Position numbers and translations under genes: made by a program. This document shows, piece after piece, positions 27,506-40,392 of a DNA stretch of 64,000 bases. The stretch lies in contig NC_068991.1 in the NCBI RefSeq assembly GCF_001194135.2, positions 6,924,780 through 6,988,779 of the forward strand, written 5' to 3'. The notes below the pieces were generated by a model that saw nothing but the letters and a program-made list of their open reading frames with translations, was not told where the DNA came from and did not search any database. How positions within the stretch are numbered: position 1 is the first letter of the stretch; the number at the start of each line of letters is the position of its first letter. This stretch comes from Octopus bimaculoides. Lineage: Eukaryota.

Positions 27506-28494
27506 TTTTGCTTTAGATGTATGTATTGGTACGTCTTGCAAGAAAGAGTGAGGTTTCTTTCCCTAACATTTTCCATAGTTCAACCTACACAACTAAATGT
27601 GTGAAAAATGAAATAGGAATTAATGCATATATATATATATATATCCTTTTTCTTTGGCCTACTTTCCTAATACAGGTCACCCACATGAAGCTTAGACCCC
27701 TCACACAAAAACTTACATTCCTTCCAAAAGGAAAGGCGCCGTACAAAATCCAGTGAAATACAAGACTGTGAAAATTTAAACGCGGCATCTTTCTAAAGGG
27801 ACGTAACTCTTTATGTCCTACTAGGAGAAAGGTGAAGACTATATTCCTATGCGTGCAATAAATCACCGATTGCCGATATATTTCCTGAAATCACAACCTA
27901 CCAACTTTAGGGAAAGAAAAAAGTGATTCACATGGAACACTGTAGTCCTACATATACAAAAAGACAGGATGATCAAAGCTGAAATGCTAGACCAAGATTA
28001 ACACACGTTCATTCAATGACAATCTTAAATTAATCAAACGTCACATTTTGTGACCATATTTCTCTTGAAATACAGAGTGGCCCAAAAGTAGGTTTACAGT
28101 TATTCAACTATCTCTTTCGCATTCATATATTAACAGTTTAGATCTTAATTATAAAAAAAATATGAAACCATTATTCTATGCTAATTTAGTTAATTCTACC
28201 AAGCTCCCCTTTTCAGTTTGTAAGATAGAAATTTAAATGTAATAAAATGTTTTAAAAGAAATCTAAAGTGCCTACGTGATAACTGTAAACCTAAGCTTTT
28301 AAAATAATGAAGAATTTAAGTAAAATATCTTGGTCGTTATTAAGCTTGTTTGGGACATAACTTAGTATGAAATTTTGATGGAAGTTTATCATTCAAATCA
28401 CTTGAAAACATGGATTTTGTGTCATAGCACCAAGGTGAGTTTAGGCATGTTGATATCAAAAGGATTGAAAAATAGGACGAAACCTAATACTTAC

Positions 28495-28597
28495 TGTTCA
28501 GCCAAACTATGATTGTTGAGAACATGGACATAAATAGCGAGTGCTTGTTCATGCCGGCCAAGTCGCCCAAGTAATATTGCCCGCTCTTCATAGAAAT
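28495..28597 (-). CDS. VPS39: VPS39 exon 20
   Basis: DFYEERAILLGRLGRHEQALAIYVHVLNNHSLAE; atttag / gtaagt. Confidence 0.98.
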
Positions 28598-29404
28598 CTA
28601 AATGAATAGACAATAAAACCAGATCAAAGTATCTTTATAATCTTTATTTCCAAACCTATTTTTAAGCAAAGAATACAAACAGTGGAATAAATTTTAGGCT
28701 GTGAGGAAGAAGAGAAGACTAAACATGTCAGTTGGAATATTTCATTACAAAGATGAAATATTTACTAGTGTAGGCAGGAAAAATAATTATCAATAAGGGA
28801 ATAAGGGAGAAAGGAAACGTTATTAGGTGCCTCTTTGGCAGGTAATCAACAGGGGAGATTACTGTAGGTTACTGTTTAGTTTACTTTTCAATTTCTAAAA
28901 ACCTGTAAGATGTTGGCTAAAGATTTTTACAATGTGATCAGCAACGAGACAAAGGCAGCTGCATCATCATCATCATCATCATCATCATTTAACGTCCGCT
29001 TTCCATGCTAGCATGGGTTGGACGATTTGATTGAGGATTGTCAAGCCAGAAGGCTGCACCAGGCTCCAATCTGATCCGGCAGAGTTTCTACAGCTTGATG
29101 CCCATTTTACAAGAAACCAGTACTAAATTCTCATCATTTCTTAAGACAAAGAAACGTGCTACTTTGCCTTGTGATCTACAGTTTAAAATGAGATTACTTT
29201 GGATTACGAGATCAAAGTAATCAGTAGCGAGACAAGCACAAAACGGATCTGGTTGACATATAGGACAGAGTAATCTCCCTTAGCTATCATCGAACCCCTG
29301 TAATTCTTCGCCAGCTCCCCTTGGCAACCCCTGGTCTAGACCATGATACACACACACATGTACACACATGAACCCACACAAAATCACTTTAATCTGAAGC
29401 TTAC

Positions 29405-29524
29405 CATCAAGGGGAAAGTACGACAAGAGTCGCTCTGGTGTGTAATATTGTGAGCTCTCAAGGAAAGATATGAGTTTACCCTTAAACTGTTCCAGTTCCT
29501 CAGTAGCCGTTTGGAATTCTGGTG
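29405..29524 (-). CDS. VPS39: VPS39 exon 19
   Basis: SPEFQTATEELEQFKGKLISFLESSQYYTPERLLSYFPLD (human LGEYRQKLLMFLEISSYYDPGRLICDFPFD); ttttag / gtaagc. Confidence 0.96.
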
Positions 29525-29770
29525 CTAAAAAGAAACAAAAGAGATTCATTCTATTAAAAATTCTTCAAGACACTGCCCCAATCAAATGACTGAAACAAGT
29601 AAAAGAAAAAAGATAGAAGATAAATCCTAAAAAAAACATCATACAAGTGTATTTCAATTTATTAAAAGTTTATATATTTTGCAGTATGATAATAAAAAAC
29701 AAATAATTAAAAAAATATCTTTTGAGAAATCAAAAATTTTTAAAATTGTCAGTTTAGCATAAGAAAAATA

Positions 29771-29982
29771 TTAGGTTGATGCATAATTACTGCAGCTTTT
29801 CTTCAACAAAAACAATAACAACATGTAACAAAAACATCTTTAAATGATTATTCCAGAGCATATTCACCATCTACTTCAACTATTACTTCCCATTTGCTTG
29901 GCGTTTTTGTTAAATATTGTCATTGTTTTTGTTGAATAAAATTTGTTGAAAAAAAGCCGCAATAATTATGCATCAACCCTAT
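29771..29982. mobile_element. mariner-derived MITE (Hsmar1/MADE1-like TIR)
   Basis: TA-TTAGGTTGATGCATAATTACTGCAGC..GCCGCAATAATTATGCATCAACCCTA; interior minus strand reads PSKWEVIVEVDGEYALE*, like a mariner transposase C-terminus. Confidence 0.7.
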
Positions 29983-30000
29983 GGCTTAGTAAAAACTTAC

Positions 30001-30118
30001 AATCAGAATTTAAAGAGGATCTATGCAATATGATCTCTTGAGTCTTTTCTCTGTACAAATTCACTAATAAGTTGTGGAAATCTGTGTTTGTTTCATTCCA
30101 ATGTTCTATAATGTGTTC
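30001..30118 (-). CDS. VPS39: VPS39 exon 18
   Basis: EHIIEHWNETNTDFHNLLVNLYREKTQEIILHRSSLNSD; tgtcag / gtaagt. Confidence 0.96.
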
Positions 30119-30799
30119 CTGACAAGACAAAAAATATNNNNNNNNNNNNNNNNNNNNNNNNNNNNNNNNNNNNNNNNNNNNNNNNNNNNNNNNNNNNNNN
30201 NNNNNNNNNNNNNNNNNNNNNNNNNNNNNNNNNNNNNNNNNNNNNNNNNNNNNNNNNNNNNNNNNNNNNNNNNNNNNNNNNNNNNNNNNNNNNNNNNNNN
30301 NNNNNNNNNNNNNNNNNNNNNNNNNNNNNNNNNNNNNNNNNNNNNNNNNNNNNNNNNNNNNNNNNNNNNNNNNNNNNNNNNNNNNNNNNNNNNNNNNNNN
30401 NNNNNNNNNNNNNNNNNNNNNNNNNNNNNNNNNNNNNNNNNNNNNNNNNNNNNNNNNNNNNNNNNNNNNNNNNNNNNNNNNNNNNNNNNNNNNNNNNNNN
30501 NNNNNNNNNNNNNNNNNNNNNNNNNNNNNNNNNNNNNNNNNNNNNNNNNNNNNNNNNNNNNNNNNNNNNNNNNNNNNNNNNNNNNNNNNNNNNNNNNNNN
30601 NNNNNNNNNNNNNNNNNNNNNNNNNNNNNNNNNNNNNNNNNNNNNNNNNNNNNNGAAGAAAAAGGAGTAAGAACACAATACATGAACAATCAGCCTCTGT
30701 TAAGTTACCTTACAGTAGAAAAAGGAATATTAACAGCAGTTTTCCAAGAGAGCTGATCGTTTAAAGTTGGATAAGGTACATGAGATAGGGCACAAGATC

Positions 30800-31142
30800 C
30801 CCCCCCCCTTCAGTCACGAATGACCATGGGATTGCACCTACAAAGTTACCCTCCAAGGCACAAGTCTGAGTAAGGTTGTTTTTCGTGGGAGACTACCAGT
30901 CACCCATGCATACCAGCCTGCCCTCTCCACACCACTGATGTTATCCAAGGGAAAGGCAAAGGGGCTGATACAACTTGGCACCAGTGACGTTGCAACTCAT
31001 TTCTACAGCTGAGTGAACTGGAGCAATGTAAAATTAAAGTGTCTTGCTCAAGGACCCAACACACAGCCCAGTCTGGGAATCGAACTCATTACTGCATGAT
31101 TATAAGCCTGATGCTTTAACCACTAAGCTGTGTGCCTTCACT
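30800..31142 (-). mobile_element. SINE family D
   Basis: Co-linear with 26695-27020. Confidence 0.8.
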
Positions 31143-31264
31143 ACATAAGACAGATAGCAGACGATATTCAGAACAAACCAAGGAAGCTAAGTTTCCATTG
31201 TATTTTTCATCTTGCTGATACATCTATTCTCGTTTATCACAGAGGTTTGGTAAACAAAAGAGAA

Positions 31265-31520
31265 AAAGTGATAACGGAATCAGCAATAAACTAATCATCT
31301 GCATGCTTTTTTATAAATGGAACAAATAGTAGATTCATTTAGATTCATTGACACCAAACTCGTGACCCACACTAGTGAAGCTTTCACCATCTCGTATTTT
31401 CTTGATCATCTCTACCTTTTCCTGTAGAGAAAACACTTGTCTGCGTAATTTCACCAGGTGCCTTCATATTTTTCTATTCACGGGACCCATGTTGATGGGT
31501 AGGAGTACATAAATCCCTGT
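31265..31520 (-). pseudogene. Tigger/pogo-like transposase N-terminal HTH fragment
   Basis: Minus strand reads ..VFSLQEKVEMIKKIRDGESFTSVGHEFGVNES..TICSIYKK, typical of the psq-type HTH of Tigger/CENP-B-like proteins. Confidence 0.65.
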
Positions 31521-31817
31521 AAAAAAAACACACAGCCTTGCAGCACAGTCATGTAAATACAAGCAACAGTGCATTCTGGGTAGCTGAGCATTGTGGGTGG
31601 TTGCTGGAGGTTGAACTCACAGTGCAGGGAGCCGGAACAAATACTGCAAAGTATTTTACCAAACTCTCTAACGATTCTGCCAATGAACCCATCCCTTTAA
31701 TCATAATAACAACAACACCAACAACGACTCGCACTTAACTGTTGAATTATAATTTACCGATAAATTTGTAATTCTCACAAACAACATCCAGCTTAGTGAA
31801 CAATCAACAGTACTTAC

Positions 31818-31919
31818 TAAATATAAAATGGTAACAGTGCTGTTAAAATTGGTTTCTAAGAATTCCAACACTTTATCTCTTGGTAAAGATTCAACTTCAG
31901 GCATGTCCTCTGTAAATAT
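31818..31919 (-). CDS. VPS39: VPS39 exon 17
   Basis: IFTEDMPEVESLPRDKVLEFLETNFNSTVTILYL (human IFTEDLPEVESLPRDRVLGFL); ttttag / gtaagt. Confidence 0.98.
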
Positions 31920-32845
31920 CTAAAACAGAAAATATTAACCATTTAACTTTCATATTATTCTGTCAAATGTATTGCTTATTTATTCACTTTGTTTTGAATA
32001 AATTATGCATTATGTTGTAGCTTTGTAGAATGACATTGCAGGGTAGGTGTGAAAAATCAGTTCTCACCAGTTTGAACATAAAATATGGAGAATATTTTGG
32101 TCTGATATGGCTGGTTTAAGTGCTAAAAGGTGAAGTATAAAGTCTTGTTTCCAGAATTAAATCCAAGTATTCCAAAAGAGTCAGGATAGCTATAACTGCA
32201 GGAATGGCTATGTGGTTAAGATGTTCAATGTGTGTTTCTCATCTACATGGGTTCGGGTTCAGTTCCACGGTACAGCACCTTGGACAAGTGTCTTCTATTT
32301 ATCCCCATGCCAACCAAGGGCTTGTGAGGGGGTTTTACAGAAAAACTGAAAGGAGGCTTGTTGTGTGTGTGTGTGTGTGTGTGTGTGTGCATGTGTGTGA
32401 GCTGTGTATGTGTGCGTATATGTATGTGTGTGTGTATATATATGCATGTGTGTGTGTGTGTGTGTGTATGTACGTATGTATGTATGTATATAAATATATG
32501 TGTGTGTGTGTATGTATGTATGTATGTATGTATGTATGTCATCATTCAGTTTATTTCAAGATTTCTTGCCAATAGGGAAAGAACCAGTTCCTAACCTAGA
32601 TCCAAAGCTCCTTCACTGGAATTTCAACATCATCAACAGGATATTTTTGTATGTATGTATGTATGTGCAGATTTGTATATTTTATGTATGTATTCTCATG
32701 CATAAAGTTACATATCTAGACCTGCTCATACATATTTAAATGATAAACTTCTGGAAATGAATTCAGTGAAATATACTGATTGAAAATTGCTAACATTATT
32801 CAATAAAACCAGAATTTCTCCCATAAGTTGTATAATGCTACTTAC

Positions 32846-32919
32846 ACTGAGTCCCTCTACAGGGTCTTTCTGTAGTACAGCAGCAGAATATTCAAAAATA
32901 AGATCAATATGAGATGGAC
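32846..32919 (-). CDS. VPS39: VPS39 exon 16
   Basis: GPSHIDLIFEYSAAVLQKDPVEGLS (human GTENLHLIFSYSVWVLRDFPEDGLK); tttcag / gtaagt. Confidence 0.94.
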
Positions 32920-33219
32920 CTGAAAAGATAATTTGAAAGCTTTATTTAACTATAAGCACAAGCATGGTTGTGTGGTCGTTGCCAGAGCTGCCTGACTGGG
33001 TCCCCATGCTGGTGGCACGTAAAAAGCACCAGCCGAACGTGATCGATGCCAACCACCCCCCACCCCCACCTTCCCTTCAAAATCAAAGGTGCCATATTGT
33101 AGAAGCAGAGGCCATCTGAGTCTGGTTGGTATTGAAACATTTAAATGCATTTATGAGTATTTTGAATACAATATTTGTAGAACCCAATGAAAATTCTATA
33201 TGAAAATGTGACTACAAAC

Positions 33220-33309
33220 CTAAATGCTGGAGATATTCAACAATACCATCCTGACCACTTTGAAGCGAAGAGGCAGGCCGGCACGCTTGTTGCATCAATA
33301 AGGATAAAG
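33220..33309 (-). CDS. VPS39: VPS39 exon 15
   Basis: ALSLLMQQACRPASSLQSGQDGIVEYLQHL (human ALQVLVDQSKKANSPLKGHERTVQYLQHL); ttacag / gtttgt. Confidence 0.93.
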
Positions 33310-33899
33310 CTGTAAAGGACAAAAACATAATTGTAATAACGATAAAAATAAGGAAAACATATTGCAATATTTAAATAATGCAAAATTTCATCTCCACTAA
33401 TCAAAAGTACTAATTATCTATCACACAGCTAAAATCATTCTATTTTCAAAGAGAAACCAATACCTGTTGCCTTCAATGGCATTTACAATAACATCTCAAT
33501 GACCTTGCTTGAATGTTTTCTAACGTGTCACCAGCACAAGTGCCAGTAAGGCGACGCTGGTAACAATCACACTCAAATGGTGCTATTTACGAGCCACTAG
33601 CTGTCTGGCTTCCGTGCTAGTGGCACGTAAATAGCACCATTTGAGCGTAATTGTTACCTTGGGTCAAAATTTGAAACCATTAACGAATAAAAGGGAAAAA
33701 ATTCAAATTTTTATTCACTCCATAATACTATATGGAATAAATACTCTTGACAAACAAGAAATAGCAGCTGAATACACTTCATATGAATTAAAGATAGAAT
33801 GGTCACAGCTGGAGAATTTGTTTGATCAGGGCTGATATTTAAGTAAACAACAAAATATTATTCCCTAAAATACTCAGCTTATATAAACAATATATCTGT

Positions 33900-34130
33900 T
33901 TCTTATTTCTTTATTGCCCACAAGGGGCTAAACATAGAGGGGACAAACAAGGACAGACAAAGGGATTAAGTCGATTAGATCGACCCCCAGTGCGCAACTG
34001 GTACTTGATTTATCGACCCTGAAAGGATGAAAGGCAAAGTCAACCTTGGCGGAATTTCAACTCAGAACATAGTGGCAAACGAAATACCGCTCAGCATTTC
34101 GCCCGGCGTGCTAACGTTTCTGCCAATTCT
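33900..34130 (-). mobile_element. tRNA-derived SINE family C
   Basis: ..atcgaccccag..gaaaggatgaaaggcaaagtc.acct.ggcggaattt.aactcagaac..ctgccag; copies at 2378-2587, 18362-18560, 21811-22045, 24442-24880 (tandem pair), 45090-45205, 47690-47860 and 9735-9885 (+). Confidence 0.85.
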
Positions 34131-34363
34131 CTGACATTATATCTGTTTCTGATAATCAATATAACATTATGTTGTATTTCAGGAGGGACATTATGCCAGT
34201 AATAATTGCATGCACATGGTTCTATTTCACTTATTTTGATTATATGATGAAGATCGTCATCGTCGTCGTCACAAATAATATCTTGCTGTGTCTGGGGAGA
34301 GTCAACACACAAACTCACATAAAGAATCTTGCAAACCAAATCCAAAAACAAAACATATAATAC

Positions 34364-34505
34364 CTTTTTGATGCAATTCTTTCTTCCGGTACAAAATTAT
34401 TAATTCACTAAACTTTTCTTTGCTCCTCAGAACACGTTCACTTTCTTCAATATGACATTGATTGTCCACCCTCCTGAGGAATGGTGCCATCAACGCATCA
34501 TTTGT
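34364..34505 (-). CDS. VPS39: VPS39 exon 14
   Basis: TNDALMAPFLRRVDNQCHIEESERVLRSKEKFSELIILYRKKELHQK; ttgcag / gtatta. Confidence 0.97.
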
Positions 34506-35058
34506 CTGCAAAATGATGTAAAGATTATATAAGTGGGATCCAATAGAAAACAAACAAAAAACAGAAACTGAAAAATAAACCAAAATTCTTAAAACTATTT
34601 ACGGTATTTCAAGGTATATATGATGGACTTATTTTCTAAATAAATATCTCAAAAAAATCATCTCAGGTCCTGTATACAAAGTTGGACATTCCACAAACTT
34701 CAATGCACTAAAATATTTTTTCCTGAATATGCTCTGCTGAACTTGGGTTGCATCTTAAATGTTCATTTTTTTTTATACCATCAAATATAGTATTTGCTTA
34801 TGTTATATGGTATTTATGTTACATGGTGGTGGTGGTGGTGGTGGTGGTGGTCGTGGGGAGAGTGTCAATGTGGTCTGCTTCAACAGCATGAAGACAAAAT
34901 CACTAAATATCAAGAATACAACACAGTACCTTGCCCATCATTAAATAATACAAAACCATTTATCTCCACTTCCCAGACCCCAGTCGAACCGTCCAACACA
35001 TGCCAGCATGGAAAACGGACGTTAAACAATGATGATGATGATGATGAAATATACTTAC

Positions 35059-35193
35059 TTCAAGGTAGCATTTAAGCAAAGTTGTGTCAATAATTTGAGC
35101 AATCTGTCTTTTGGATTTGATAGTTCGGTTCATGTCCCCAATGGCAGTGGTTGTTATTTCTTTGCTAGGAATTTTCATAATATGGTAACGTTT
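35059..35193 (-). CDS. VPS39: VPS39 exon 13
   Basis: KRYHIMKIPSKEITTTAIGDMNRTIKSKRQIAQIIDTTLLKCYLE (human TIKSKKKLLQIIDTTLLKCYLH); tcatag / gtaagt. Confidence 0.97.
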
Positions 35194-36464
35194 CTATGAA
35201 CAAGAGGAAAGAAAAATGTTAAAAGATGTACAAAAAAACCATAATTATAGTTGTTTAGCAGCAGATAATAAAGGAAACGTAAAAGCTGGAAATAATGTAA
35301 GTGATTAACAAGAATATAAAGAAAACATTCTTTCACGACCATACTTCTAATGAAATGCACTTTCTATAAGTTTTAATTAATTTTGAAAAATATTTAAAAA
35401 TCAAAATTTAGAAGAATTTAGTAACATAACATTTCTGTTATTAATCTGATGTTTGGGAGGCAACTAAATGGAAAGGGGTCTTACATAGGGTCATAACATC
35501 TTAACTTTAAACTATGAACACTTTTAAAAAATGAGAGATTTTGTATCATAGAAGGAGAGGCAGTCATAGAAATTAATTACATCAAATGAATTGGCCCTGT
35601 CACCTCCCTTATCCCCACCCCTGTACACCCCTTCATGTTGTCAACAGCATCCCCCTCCCATTATCTCCATATGTCTGCCACTATTTCCCCTCATCACCCT
35701 CCCAGGAATAGTATGTAGAGTAAATGGATAGACAAACAGACAGACGGATGGTCTTTCTTTTATTTTGTTAATTTCTATTTTGGTTTCTCATTTTAACCGA
35801 ACACCTAAAGCTTTCGCGAGTCCTTTTTATCTAAAGAATCAGTATGGGTAAGATTAGAGGAGTTAACATTTAATTTAAATAACTTTCAATTAGTATTTGG
35901 AGTAAGAAGAATTGCAGGAGAATGCAAATCTAGAGCAGAGAGATTAGGAGATGGGGGGGGAGGCAAGACACAAAAGCAGTGACAGAGGAGAAAAAGGAGA
36001 TGCATTAAGTGGATTTGGGTGGGAAAAAAACATGGAAGAAACAACTGCAGAAAGAGTGGGGAGGGGGAGCATTGTAAAAATGGTCTATGGGTCAAAAATT
36101 GCTGGGTGTTTGGGAGTGTTAATTTCTATCAGACAAACAATGTTTTACTTAGATGCAATCTAATTTGAGGGGATTATGTAAGCAGTAATTCATTGTGAAT
36201 CTCTCCGATATATAAAGGAGAATTGCTTTATCATTTTAATGGGTTCTCAGATAAATTTGCTCATTTCTTTCCAACGTTATCTAAATTAGAACAAAAAATG
36301 GTTTTAAAAATTGGTTTTAAAAATGGTTTTTAAAAAAGTGTTTTATTTATTTATTTATTTATTTGAGCTCTGTTCTTCTTCTACAACTTTCGTTAATCAT
36401 TTTTTTGAAATTTGAATAAATTTTAATCTGTCCAGACACTAGCATTTTTGACACTTTCTCTTTG

Positions 36465-36880
36465 CTTTCAATCAAGGTACCAAAACTGCCAAAGCCACTT
36501 GAGACATTTGTATTGTACATGAAGAAGGCACTGTTACTGAAAGAATGGCACAGAAATGGTTTTCATGCTTCATGGAAGAGAAATTCGATTTCACAGACTG
36601 TCTGTGTTCCAGCCAACCTCTACAGTTCAATGACGATTGAACAAGCTCTTCCACAAGGATCCATGCCAATCCACTAAGGAATTGACCCAACAGATGAGAT
36701 GCTTTTATCATATTGTTACCTCTTGCTTTTACTCTGTGGGTAAGGACGGAAAACTCAGTAAATGTGTGCCACATGCTCTGAAGAAAAGAGATACATTGTT
36801 GATTTGACCAAAAATCCTATTCAAGAGAGTGGTTGTAAAGCTCTACTACACCAACCATATTCTCCTGATATTGTCACATA
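36465..36880 (+). pseudogene. Decayed mariner transposase fragment
   Basis: Frameshifted segments read ..EEGTVTERMAQKWFSCF.., ..KDPCQSTKEL.., ..KCVPHAL.. and PYSPDI (mariner YSPDL motif). Confidence 0.7.
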
Positions 36881-37611
36881 AAAAGCACCCGTGCTAGTGC
36901 CATGTGTAAAACATGTGTGCTGGTGCCACATGAAAAGCATCCAGTACACTTTGTAAAGTGGTTGGTGTTAAGAAGGGCACCCAGCTGAAGAAACCATAGC
37001 AAATCAGACAATTGGAGCCTGGTTCCAGCTCTCCAGCTTGCCAACTCGTCAAACCAGCCAACCCATGCCGGCAGGGAAACAATAGCTGTTAAATCATGAT
37101 GATGATAGCACCTCGAAATTATCACCTTTATCACCTTTACTCTCCAATAGTCTGTGAGGCATTTTGTTCAACAATGATGTAGAGCAGCAAATGTGGCTCA
37201 ATGAAGTCAAGACCCAGTGACTGCTACCATCAAGGCATTGACAAGCAAGCAGAACACTTGGCAAGATGTCAAGAACAATGAAGAATATACAATTGACTGA
37301 TTTGATAAAATAAAATTGTTGATGGAAAATAAATATTAAAATAAATGGGGAAAATACAGGGATTTATCTGACAACCCAACGCATGCAATTAACATTTGAC
37401 TGTTGATGGATAAACTAGAGAATAACAATGATTTTTTTAATTCAAAATGCAAATAAAACTAAATAACATACAACACAGGTAAATTACTAAATTCATTTAT
37501 AGTGGTATACTGTGTATTGCAATGTTTGAAAATACTTTGCAGATTTAATTCATGCAGGTTGTATTTAGGAAAGTAGACAATATACAGAAAATTTTGTCTA
37601 TACACACATAC

Positions 37612-37754
37612 CTCGTTAAGGTAATCGATAAGTGCCAATAAGGCATTTTCGAGGTCACCACCATCTAACTCAGGCACAGTATCTGGGTAGGTGAGATCTT
37701 TATGGTAGCAGGAAGGCAGCAGATTAGGGTAGAGACCAATCACATGCGATGGAT
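37612..37754 (-). CDS. VPS39: VPS39 exon 12
   Basis: DPSHVIGLYPNLLPSCYHKDLTYPDTVPELDGGDLENALLALIDYLNE (human DPTHVMGLYPDLLP..AHLALIDYLTQ); taaaag / gtatgt. Confidence 0.97.
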
Positions 37755-38149
37755 CTTTTAAATAACAAATTCGTAAATATAGATGTCAATCACAAGTTTA
37801 TCAGACAACAATAAATCATGAAGAAATTTTATTTTATACAAAGCAGATTTATTAAAATAAAACAACAGTGTAATAAAATATTGCTTATCTGTAAGGGTTT
37901 TTAGTTGGTTATATCAACCCCTGTGTATTGTCTAGTATTTGTTTCAATGATCATAAGAGGGACGAAAATCAAATCAAAATCAAAATCAAATCAAGATTGA
38001 AATCAAAATGGAAATTGTAGTTGTGGCCAATGCCAGTGTCACCTGACTAGCACCCATGCTGGTGGCACGTAACAAGCACCATTCAAGCGTGGGTTGATGC
38101 CAGTGCCGTCTGACTGGTACCCCATGCCGGTGGCACGTAAAAAGCACCA

Positions 38150-38638
38150 TCTTTTTGTCATGTCCAGAATGTAGGACATAGGCAACCACATCCTTCCGCG
38201 ATTCTCTGTGCTTTGTTTTCTCTAACAGTTTCCAATTCCTGATGTTTAATGCCTCTTTTCGTCCAACCAATTCCTCAAACTCGACATCCATATCATCCTT
38301 CTCCTTCATCTGCTTCTTTTCCCATCAATCTTTCCAGTCATTGCTAAACTCTCCAGGTTCTCTTTCCTCATCAAATGACCAAGAAATCTCAGTTGCTTGG
38401 CCCAATGCAGCCCAGGTCATCACTTCGTCATTAGACTCTGTCTATCCTTAATATTCTCCGTAAGAACCACATTTCACAGCTCCCCAAGCACCTTCTTCAT
38501 ACCTAATGTCACAGACCTTGTGTTACTTCCACAAGTAAATCCATCTTTATTGCACTCCCAAAGAAATCAGAGGCAGTGGACTGTGAACAACATCGCACAA
38601 TGAGTCACATGGGTCACGTTACAAAAATCATTCTAAAC
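38150..38638. pseudogene. RTE-like LINE remnant with an inverted segment
   Basis: Minus 38150-38530 reads QLRFLGHLMRKENLESLAMTGKIDGKRS..; plus 38537-38638 reads KSIFIALPKKSEAVDCEQHRTMSHMGHVTKIIL. Confidence 0.7.
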
Positions 38639-38704
38639 TATACAAGAAAAATATCAAATGTGCTAATGGCTCAAACAAACTAAAAAATTATATTGCAACA
38701 TACA

Positions 38705-38912
38705 CGAGGGGGTGTTGAAAAATTCTTGGCTTTAAGGGTACTGCAAAAGGCCTGGTTGGAGGCCAAGATCTTTTACAGGGCTTAGAAAAACAGAAGGACT
38801 GCTGCAATAAGTGTGTGAATCTGAGAAAGTAATATGTTGACTAAAATCATAATTAACTGATCCTCCTGTATTTTCTTTTACCCAAAGCCAGGTACTTTTC
38901 AGCACCCCCTTG
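38705..38912. mobile_element. Tc1/mariner-type MITE
   Basis: TIRs CGAGGGGGTGTTGAAAAATTCTTGGCTTT / AAAGCCAGGTACTTTTCAGCACCCCCTTG followed by TA; sister copy in reverse orientation at ~13126-13330. Confidence 0.75.
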
Positions 38913-38933
38913 TAAACCAATATTAATACAAAC

Positions 38934-39069
38934 CAGTGTCCAATTCCATGAATAATTTCATTGATGCATCAAACTGGTGCTGGCAAAATAAATGAAATGC
39001 TTGTCTGTTCTGAATTTTTTGTAAACGTTTCTTCTTCTCTGCTTCACATTCTGATTCCATATTCTCTGC
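38934..39069 (-). CDS. VPS39: VPS39 exon 11
   Basis: AENMESECEAEKKKRLQKIQNRQAFHLFCQHQFDASMKLFMELDT; ctttag / gtttgt. Confidence 0.95.
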
Positions 39070-39734
39070 CTAAAGAATTAATTTTATCATCGTTAAAACA
39101 TTTTCTTAATAATAAAAAAAAATGTTTGTGTGTGTAGTGCTGATATATTTTTGTGTCTAAAGCATTAAAACAGTTACCTAAAAATACCTGTGAAGTGAGA
39201 GAAAAATTTATATGTCAATCGCTAATATTATTTTATCACTTGCCATGAAAAGTCGGAGATAACTCCTGACATGTTTCAACCTTCCTCTGACCTTCTTAGC
39301 ATGAATAAATCACTAAATAAATATGTAAACTTACAAAACTGTACATTTATTGATGCAAGAATATATGAATATATATGATTTGATCTAGTTGTGTGTCTGT
39401 GTTTGTCCCCCACCATTGCTTGACAACTGATGTTGGTGTGTTTCATCCCCGTAACCTAGCAGTTCGGCAAAAGAGACCGATAGAATAAGTATTAGGCTTA
39501 CAAAGAAGGGTCAATTTGTTCAAGTAAAAGCAGTGCTCCAGCATGGCCACTTGTTTAATTGTTTACTAAAGGACAATAATAACAATATACAAACACATGC
39601 AACATATTATGTCATATCAGTAATTAAAAAAGGACATATAGTGACAGAAAATGTGATAATGACTTACAGCTGTTTCAGTCTATTGGATAGATATTATCCC
39701 TTAGTGGGTTGGATTCACAACCCCTAACCTTCTT

Positions 39735-39781
<47 letters not shown>

Positions 39782-40274
39782 TATATACTGTACTTGATGG
39801 CATATAAGACATGCTTTTTTTTTATAAAATATTCTCTCAAAAACTCATCCTACATCTTATGTACAGTCTTCATGTGCATCATGTTGGGCAAGTGACTAGG
39901 CCCATCAAAGCCTTGTGAATGGATTTGGTAGGAAGAAATTGATCAAACCCCATCCCCTCTCTCTCTCTCTCTCTCTCTCTGTATTTTTGTCTAGGCATCA
40001 CATGATGGTTGTAAAAGAGCATCATCATCATCATATAAGCAATGGTGTTTATTTCCAATCTTCTGTGAAAACATGTCCGGCCTGGGGGGAATATTACTTC
40101 ACTTGGAAACAGGTGAGGGTTGGTGACAGGAAGGGCATCCAACCATAAAAAATCTACCTCAACAAATTCTCTCTGACCAATGTGGGCATGGAAAAGTGAA
40201 CATTAAAACAATGATGATGATGATGATGGCAGAGGAAAGAGAGCTGGTAAAACATCCTGTTATGGTATACTTAC

Positions 40275-40392
40275 CACGAGACGTAAAGCTAACTCAAATT
40301 CTTTGATCTTCACCAAGTCATTCACTTGTTCAGAAATAGGGGCTTTTGTTAATCTCCAACAATGATTATTAGAAGCTACATACACAAGTCCA
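40275..40392 (-). CDS. VPS39: VPS39 exon 10
   Basis: SGLVYVASNNHCWRLTKAPISEQVNDLVKIKEFELALRLV; tttcag / gtaagt. Confidence 0.96.
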
